Shown here: one piece after another, positions 58,210 to 64,000 of the stretch
Layout of the letters: the number at the start of each line of letters is the position of its first letter
Numbering within the stretch: position 1 is the stretch's first letter
NCBI GenBank assembly: GCA_016182085.1
Contig: JACOYB010000004.1
Location: 211,923-275,922 of the forward strand
Origin: Candidatus Magasanikiibacteriota bacterium
GTDB lineage: Bacteria; Patescibacteriota; Patescibacteriia; Magasanikbacterales; GWA2-37-8
Reading direction: 5' to 3'
DNA: 64,000 nt
Program-made: the position numbers and the translations under genes
The notes under the pieces: generated by a model
The model's input: the letters and a program-made list of their open reading frames with translations, nothing else
What the model was told of the DNA's origin: nothing
The model's database searches: none

Positions 58210-58887
58210 ATGAAAGAAAAGCCAAAGAAAAAGAAAATTAAAGTTCCCAGCGCTCAAAGCCATCTCCCGTTCGCGGAGGTGAAGTTTGATACCGTAATCA
58301 TGAAAGATGGAACATTGCGGGCGGTGCTTATGGTGTCCAGTATAAATTTTGCTTTAAAGAACGAAGATGAGCAAAACGCGATTATTTCTTCGTATGTTTC
58401 TTTTCTAAATGGCATTGATTTTCCGCTGCAGATTGTGGTGCAATCTCGGCAGCTATACATTAAACCATATTTGGAAAAATTGTTAAAAAAAGAACGTGAA
58501 CAAACTAATGAATTATTGCGCGTACAGATAGCCGATTACAGATCATTCGTATCCGAACTCGTAAGCCTGGGAAATATTATGAGCAAACAATTCTTTGTAG
58601 TTGTTTCGTACGATCCGCTTTCCAACAGAAAAAAAGGTTTTTGGTCTAGAATGAAAGAAGTCGTAAATCCGGCAGTGACTATAAAATTAAAAGATGAACG
58701 GTTTCAGCTGCGCAAACACGATCTTGATATGAGGGTGCGCCAAATAGAATCAGGATTAACCAGCATGAATTTAGAAGTGGTCAGGCTGGACACGCAATCA
58801 TTAATAGAACTATTCTATTCCACCTATAATCCCGATATCGCGTTTAGCGAGCATTTGCCGCCAGTGGGTGAGCTGCGAGTAGAATAG
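58210..58887 (+). CDS. VirB4/CagE/TrbE-type conjugal ATPase, N-terminal domain encoded as a separate ORF
   Basis: FAEVKFDTVIMKDGTLRAVLMVSSINFALKNEDEQNAI matches the VirB4 N-terminal domain pattern. Confidence 0.5.
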   Translation: MKEKPKKKKIKVPSAQSHLPFAEVKFDTVIMKDGTLRAVLMVSSINFALKNEDEQNAIISSYVSFLNGIDFPLQIVVQSRQLYIKPYLEKLLKKEREQTNELLRVQIADYRSFVSELVSLGNIMSKQFFVVVSYDPLSNRKKGFWSRMKEVVNPAVTIKLKDERFQLRKHDLDMRVRQIESGLTSMNLEVVRLDTQSLIELFYSTYNPDIAFSEHLPPVGELRVE

Positions 58888-58921
58888 GATTTAGTACTTA
58901 GAATTTAGGATTTAATATTGT

Positions 58922-60799
58922 ATGGCTTTTAAACCAAAATTTGCTACCGGATCATTTTCCAAACAGAAAGGGCCTTTGACTAGCAAGGAAGAAGATATCA
59001 GTAAAAAATCCGGTGAGGAACTTATAACCCTGGAAGAAGAAAGGGTATATCGTGAAGGCACGGTTTCCATTAAGGATTTGCTTGCGCCTTCGGCTTTTAA
59101 TGTTGAATCAAATTTTGTAAAGTTGGGCGATATATTTTGCCGGACGATTTTTGTTGTAACGTACCCGAGGTATATTTCCATCGGTTGGAGTTCGCCGGTA
59201 TTAAATTTATCCATCACGATGGATGTGGGAATGTTTTTCTATCCCGTGAAATCCGCTATTATTTTAAAACAGTTAAAAAATAAAGTCGGCGCCTTGGAAG
59301 CGCAGCTTAACGCGGATTCGGAAAAAGGCGCGCCGCGCGACCCGGTGCGTGAAACGGCTTTGCGTGATATTGAACAGTTGCGTGATGATCTAACTCAAGG
59401 TATTGAACACTTTTTTCAATTCTCATTTTACGTAACCCTTTACGCCAAAAGCAAAGAAGAGCTTGATCAAACTTCGGAAGACGTGGAAAATATTTTTGGC
59501 TCCAAACTTATTACCAGCCGTAAAGTTTTATATCAGGCTGAGCAGGGTTTTAATTCCACCTTGCCGCTGGCCAATGACGAACTGATGATTTCATTTAACT
59601 TAAACTCTTCGCCGATTGCCGCGTCTTTTCCATTTACTTCCGCCGAACTTACTTCCGATGATGGTATTTTGTACGGCGTCAATCGCCACAATAACAGTCT
59701 TATTTTGTTTGATAGATTTTCTTTACAGAATGCCAACATGGCTGTGTTTGCGACCTCCGGTGCCGGTAAAAGTTACGCGATCAAATTGGAAATTTTACGC
59801 AGTATGATGATGGGGGTTGATGTTATCGTAATTGACCCGGAAATGGAATACAAACATTTGGCCGATGCCGTGGGCGGAACCTATATAAACATTTCTCTTT
59901 CTTCCGAAGCCAAAGTAAATCCGTTTGATTTGCCCAGACCAACCGGCGGAGAAGATTTTTCCACCGAAGATATTATTCGCGGCGCGGTGATAACCGTAAA
60001 AGGTTTGCTTCGTATCATGCTTGGCAATCTCACCACGGAGCAGGATTCTATTATAGACAGGGCGCTTATTGAAACATACGCTAAAAAAGATATTACGCCC
60101 GAAGCAGACCTCAGTGTTGTACAGGCGCCGATAGTGCAAGATTTGCAAGAAATTTTGGAAGGCATGGAAGGCTCCGGAGATTTGGTATTAAGACTTAAAA
60201 AATATACTGAAGGTACGTTTAGCGGGCTCTTCAACGCCCCAACCAATGTGGACATGAAAAATCAACTCGTGGTATTTAGCGTGCGTGATTTAGAAGACGA
60301 GCTTCGTCCGATGGCTATATACGCGATCGTTAACTATATTTGGAATGTTGTACGTTCGGAACGAAAGAAGAGAATTTTGGTAATTGATGAGGCGTGGTGG
60401 CTGATGCAGCACGAAGATAGCGCACGGTTTATTTTTGCCCTGGTTAAACGCGCCCGCAAGTATTATTTGGGGGTTACAACCATTACCCAGGATGTAAATG
60501 ACTTTTTAAAATCACAGTACGGTCAGGCTATAGTTACAAACTCCGCTTTGCAGCTCTTGCTCCGTCAGTCACCGGCGGCCATTGATTTGGTGCAAAAAGT
60601 TTTTATCCTTACCGAAGGCGAAAAATATTTGCTCTTAGAGAGTGGAGTAGGGGAGGGAATATTTTTCGCCGGTAATAAGCATGCGGCTATAAAGGTGGTA
60701 GCATCGTATACCGAAGATCAACTCGTAACCACCAACCCGGAGCAGCTCTTAGAAATAGAAAGGTCTAAAAAAGAATTTGAAAAACAAACCGGACAATAA
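58922..60799 (+). CDS. VirB4/TraC-type ATPase, C-terminal ATPase domain
   Basis: Walker A FATSGAGKSYAIK and Walker B RILVIDEAWWLM. 625 aa. Confidence 0.7.
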   Translation: MAFKPKFATGSFSKQKGPLTSKEEDISKKSGEELITLEEERVYREGTVSIKDLLAPSAFNVESNFVKLGDIFCRTIFVVTYPRYISIGWSSPVLNLSITMDVGMFFYPVKSAIILKQLKNKVGALEAQLNADSEKGAPRDPVRETALRDIEQLRDDLTQGIEHFFQFSFYVTLYAKSKEELDQTSEDVENIFGSKLITSRKVLYQAEQGFNSTLPLANDELMISFNLNSSPIAASFPFTSAELTSDDGILYGVNRHNNSLILFDRFSLQNANMAVFATSGAGKSYAIKLEILRSMMMGVDVIVIDPEMEYKHLADAVGGTYINISLSSEAKVNPFDLPRPTGGEDFSTEDIIRGAVITVKGLLRIMLGNLTTEQDSIIDRALIETYAKKDITPEADLSVVQAPIVQDLQEILEGMEGSGDLVLRLKKYTEGTFSGLFNAPTNVDMKNQLVVFSVRDLEDELRPMAIYAIVNYIWNVVRSERKKRILVIDEAWWLMQHEDSARFIFALVKRARKYYLGVTTITQDVNDFLKSQYGQAIVTNSALQLLLRQSPAAIDLVQKVFILTEGEKYLLLESGVGEGIFFAGNKHAAIKVVASYTEDQLVTTNPEQLLEIERSKKEFEKQTGQ

Positions 60800-60838
60800 G
60801 AATATAGAATTTAGAAATTAGAATTTAACACAAAACGT

Positions 60839-61426
60839 ATGTCACTTCGCGCTCGTATTTTCATTATTATCAGTGTTGTAATATTTTTGGTTTTAGCGAT
60901 AAGCATATTCTTAATCGTAAGAAACAAAAATAAAAAAACCGAAAATGCAAATCCGACAACTACCACTACCACCAGCACAAGTAACAATACTCAGTCGGGC
61001 AGTCAGGTCGTGGTAGATGGCCAGCTGCCAACCGGACTAACGGCCCGAACACCAACCTCGCTAGAGGTGGAAAAAAACAACGTAGAACAGCTCGCTAAAA
61101 TTTTTGTAGAGCGATACGGATCGTATTCTACGGATAATGAATTTCAAAATATTAAAGAATCAGAGTCTTTGGTTACAAAGTCGTTATGGACAAAAATCAG
61201 CGCTGGCATGAACGTAAAAAGTACCAGTCAAGGTTTTTTGGGGGTTACTACCAAGGTAGTTAGCGCTAGTATTACCGACTGGTCTGCGAGCAAAGCTACG
61301 GTGCAGCTGCGGCTCATGAGGGAAGAAAATAAAGATGGCACGGTTTCCAATCGCTATCAAAATGCAACTGTGGAGATGGTTAAACAAGGTAATGTATGGT
61401 TGGCAAACGCGCTCGCTTGGAACTAA
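60839..61426 (+). CDS. hypothetical membrane-anchored protein with poly-Thr linker
   Basis: N-terminal TM helix followed by TTTTTTSTSNNTQ. Confidence 0.45.
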   Translation: MSLRARIFIIISVVIFLVLAISIFLIVRNKNKKTENANPTTTTTTSTSNNTQSGSQVVVDGQLPTGLTARTPTSLEVEKNNVEQLAKIFVERYGSYSTDNEFQNIKESESLVTKSLWTKISAGMNVKSTSQGFLGVTTKVVSASITDWSASKATVQLRLMREENKDGTVSNRYQNATVEMVKQGNVWLANALAWN

Positions 61427-62061
61427 TTAAAGGCTGGGTAAAAGACTGCCTCTTTCCCAAATTTTGTGTCGGTTGCAAAGCAGAAGATCTGTGGTTGTGC
61501 GATGGTTGCGCTGGTAAAATTATCAAGATAAAAAACACTTCTTCTTCGGAAGGTAAGACCGTGGCCCATATTGATAGGGTGATGGCCTTGTTTGATTATG
61601 GCGAAAATATAGTTTCAGAATTGATTAAACTGTTCAAGTATAATTATATAACAGAACTTACGGAAGTATTTAGAAAAATTGTTAATGATATTAATATAGA
61701 GTTTGATGATAAAAATTTTATGATTATGCCGGTGCCGCTGCATGCGCGGCGCCAGCGGGAAAGAGGGTTTAATCAGTCTGAAATTTTGGCAGAAATTTTT
61801 GCTGAAAAATTACATTTGCAAGTAAATAAGGATTTGCGCCGCGTTATTTTTACGCAGCAGCAAGCGGCGCTATCGGCCGAAAAGCGGTTGGTTAATTTAA
61901 AAGATGCCTTTGCTTTTGACGCTGTGGGGCAAGCAGTTCCGGAGAGAGTTTTATTGGTAGATGATGTATTTACGACTGGAGCCACAATGAGCGAGTGTGC
62001 CAAGGCGCTGAAAAATAAAGGAGTAAAGACTGTTTATTGTTTAGCGCTGGCTAAAGGCTGA
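61396..62061 (+). CDS. comF: ComF-family competence protein (phosphoribosyltransferase domain)
   Basis: N-terminal Cys4 (CVGCKA...CDGCAG) and PRTase motif VLLVDDVFTTGAT. Confidence 0.8.
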   Translation: MVGKRARLELIKGWVKDCLFPKFCVGCKAEDLWLCDGCAGKIIKIKNTSSSEGKTVAHIDRVMALFDYGENIVSELIKLFKYNYITELTEVFRKIVNDINIEFDDKNFMIMPVPLHARRQRERGFNQSEILAEIFAEKLHLQVNKDLRRVIFTQQQAALSAEKRLVNLKDAFAFDAVGQAVPERVLLVDDVFTTGATMSECAKALKNKGVKTVYCLALAKG

Positions 62062-62065
62062 GGCC

Positions 62066-62407
62066 TTAAAAAGGCAGTAGGGCGCGAGCGTCAGGATCCA
62101 TTCTGTCTAGTGTCCATATTGGCTCCCATACCAAATCTACCACAACCTTTTTTACTTTGGGTAATTTTTTCATCTCTTCTTTTATCTGTTCAATAAGACT
62201 AGCGCCATACGGACACCCCATGCTGGTAAAAGTCATAGTAACAAGCGCTTGGCCGTTTTTTATTTCTACGTTATAGATCAACCCCAATTCTACGATTCCC
62301 ATACCCATTTCGGGATCAAAAATAGTATTGAGTATTTTCCAATATTCCTGGGTTCGTTTTTCCGGCGGAATGGGAAAAGTTTTTTTGTTCAACATATAAC
62401 TTACCAA
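62066..62407 (-). CDS. DUF59 / MIP18-family Fe-S assembly protein (SufT-like)
   Basis: DPEMGMGIVELGLIYNVEI...TFTSMGCPYGASL motif. Confidence 0.7.
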   Translation of the reverse strand: MVSYMLNKKTFPIPPEKRTQEYWKILNTIFDPEMGMGIVELGLIYNVEIKNGQALVTMTFTSMGCPYGASLIEQIKEEMKKLPKVKKVVVDLVWEPIWTLDRMDPDARALLPF

Positions 62408-62500
62408 TATTGTTTCAATTGCTATGAAGCCTCTGGAGAAAAAGATGGTTTATCTTAATCAAACTGCAAATACGCCAAAAAGTCAAGAAAACTACATTAA

Positions 62501-63049
62501 TTACGGAATGTACTGTTCCTCAATCTTGATGATGCTACCGTCTTTTGTTGTAAAGATGAAAGGAATCTGCTCGGCGAAATCGTGGTTTTCGAGCATTTTT
62601 GCAAGATCGGCAAGGTTGATTTCGCGATGAACCGTATTGAGTTGCTCATCTTGTTTGATTTCGCCGGATGGACCGGGGGAGAGAACTTGAATCTTTATAT
62701 CGGGCGTCATTGGCAAGGTCAGTGTTTTTTGCGTTTCGCGGATGAAAAACGGATTGGGCAGACATTCATCCTTCTCGATGCGTTCAAGCGTACAGCGCCC
62801 GGTTTCAAATGCGGTCTGCTCTTGATTATCAGAGCCTTGAACCCACTCGACCAAGCGCAACTCTGCATTTTTGCTGTCGAGTTTTACAATCTTTCCGTAA
62901 AGCTTGGCGGTATCAGTAACGGCTCTGGTCGTGGCGTTCTCCGTTTGAGTGGGTTCGGAGGAGGGCACCTTTTTTACCGACAGAGATCCGAAAAAGTAAG
63001 CGGCTACGATAACGGCAACATAACCGAAAATAATTAAAGTTTTTTTCAT
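62501..63049 (-). CDS. hypothetical secreted protein
   Basis: N-terminal TM/signal segment; 182 aa. Confidence 0.45.
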   Translation of the reverse strand: MKKTLIIFGYVAVIVAAYFFGSLSVKKVPSSEPTQTENATTRAVTDTAKLYGKIVKLDSKNAELRLVEWVQGSDNQEQTAFETGRCTLERIEKDECLPNPFFIRETQKTLTLPMTPDIKIQVLSPGPSGEIKQDEQLNTVHREINLADLAKMLENHDFAEQIPFIFTTKDGSIIKIEEQYIP

Positions 63050-63084
63050 ATTTATTTAAAAATTATTTTTTTATTATCTGATTT

Positions 63085-63453
63085 TTAATTTTTTGTTAAT
63101 TTTAACGCCTTTTGTAGAGCACTTAATCCAAGTAGCGCGCATTTTATTCTGCCAGGGCTTATAGTTACCCCTAATAAATCATAAATATCTTTTGGCTTTA
63201 ATTTTTTTAGGGACGAAATTTTTTTACCTTCAACCGCATCGCAAAGTAATGATATAGATGCTTGGCTGATAGCGCAGCCATTGCCTACAAATCCAATTTT
63301 TTCTACAACATTATTTTTTATTTTTAAATCAAGTTTTATCACATCCCCGCAGAGCGGGTTGTGTTCGGTAGCACTCACTGTTGCATCGTTAAGCGCGCCC
63401 GTATGGTGCGGATGCTGATAGTGATCCAAAATTGTTTCTGTGTATATGTCCAT
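63085..63453 (-). CDS. sufU: SUF system Fe-S scaffold protein SufU/IscU (NifU-like)
   Basis: HYQHPHHTGALNDA...NPLCGDVIKL...GNGCAISQAS motifs. Confidence 0.85.
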   Translation of the reverse strand: MDIYTETILDHYQHPHHTGALNDATVSATEHNPLCGDVIKLDLKIKNNVVEKIGFVGNGCAISQASISLLCDAVEGKKISSLKKLKPKDIYDLLGVTISPGRIKCALLGLSALQKALKLTKN

Positions 63454-63490
63454 AAACTAGGTAGTAGAGGGTAGTGAGTGAGGAGTAGTT

Positions 63491-63647
63491 GTCATCCCTT
63501 CGACAGGCTCAGGGCAGGCTCTGAATGAAGTGAAGGATATCCGTCAGTTCAATTGTCATTCCCATTGCAATGGGAATCCAGACAATCGTCGACTGGATTC
63601 CCGCTTTGGCGGGAATGACAGAGATTCTTCGCTCTGCTCAGAATGAC
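63491..63647. mobile_element. nested palindromic elements: GTCATTCCCGC-family copy E (63555-63619) inserted into a GTCATyCTGAAC-family element
   Basis: Left arm GTCATCCCTTCGACAGG...CTGAATGAAGTGAAGGATATCCGTC and right arm GACAGAGATTCTTCGCTCTGCTCAGAATGAC match copy I (42240-42316). Copy E replaces the central loop. Confidence 0.7.
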
Positions 63648-63662
63648 AGCCTGTGGGTATGA

Positions 63663-64000
63663 CTATAATTTAAATGTTTTTAATACTTTTTTCAAAGCTT
63701 TTTCAGCCGTATCAATATCTTTTTTTGTATTATATATATAAAAACTCATGCGCGCGGTGCCGTATACTCCCAGATAATTCATGAGCGGTTCAGCACAATG
63801 CAAACCAGATCGAATGGCTATGCCTTCGTTGTTAAATATCGTGGCAATGTCATGCGGGTGCACTCCGCTAATTGCAAAAGAAATTATGCCGCCCGCGTGT
63901 TTTTGAGAAGGTGAAAAGATTTTTACCTGCGGATACTTTGCCAGCATTTTTTTGGCATAGGCAAGCAGTTCTTGTTCGTGGGCCATAATTTTTTTAAATC
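63663..64000 (-). CDS. sufS: cysteine desulfurase (SufS / class V aminotransferase), C-terminal part; 5' end beyond window end
   Basis: HAGGIISF...GIAIRSGLHCAEPLM...GTARMSFYIYNTKKDID is a typical SufS C-terminus. The frame is open to the window edge. Confidence 0.8.
   Translation of the reverse strand, partial: FKKIMAHEQELLAYAKKMLAKYPQVKIFSPSQKHAGGIISFAISGVHPHDIATIFNNEGIAIRSGLHCAEPLMNYLGVYGTARMSFYIYNTKKDIDTAEKALKKVLKTFKL

Overview
The window is a low-GC (~35-38 %) bacterial chromosome segment whose gene content fits a reduced-genome Candidate Phyla Radiation / Patescibacteria-like organism. Housekeeping genes recognised from the translations: tsaD (partial), tRNA-Met, tRNA-Glu, HU, RNase Y, truB, infB, trxA, leuS, nusA, yidC, groES/groEL, prfB (RF2), tsaC, rsmA, SUF genes (sufU, partial sufS), two two-component systems, ComEC (split) and ComF. 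At 51.8-62 kb there is a type-IV-secretion / DNA-uptake-like cluster: VirB6-like, PrgI/VirB3-like, a two-part VirB4 ATPase, a 2540-aa Cys-rich giant secreted protein and a possible VirB2-like pilin.

Three features stand out.
1. A tRNA-Glu-adjacent array of repeat-delimited gene cassettes (about 1.7-6.8 kb). It has five copies of a 33-bp direct repeat, attC-like imperfect palindromes, perfect-consensus promoters, a DinJ/RelE toxin-antitoxin pair and strongly GC-rich foreign cargo, including a eukaryote-type adenylosuccinate lyase. Other GC-rich foreign genes lie at 865-1482, 7782-8528, 27509-28259 and 51102-51551.
2. LeuS (1176 aa) carries an embedded Nudix hydrolase domain and a YdeN/RBBP9-type serine hydrolase domain.
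3. At least three families of small palindromic (MITE/RPE-like) elements are inserted intergenically and in-frame inside leuS, truB, tsaC, rsmA and an O-antigen-ligase-like gene. There is also a DUF559 endonuclease gene flanked by 32-bp direct repeats, and a tandem segmental duplication hosting two GC-rich antisense small genes.

No rRNA genes or CRISPR arrays were found.
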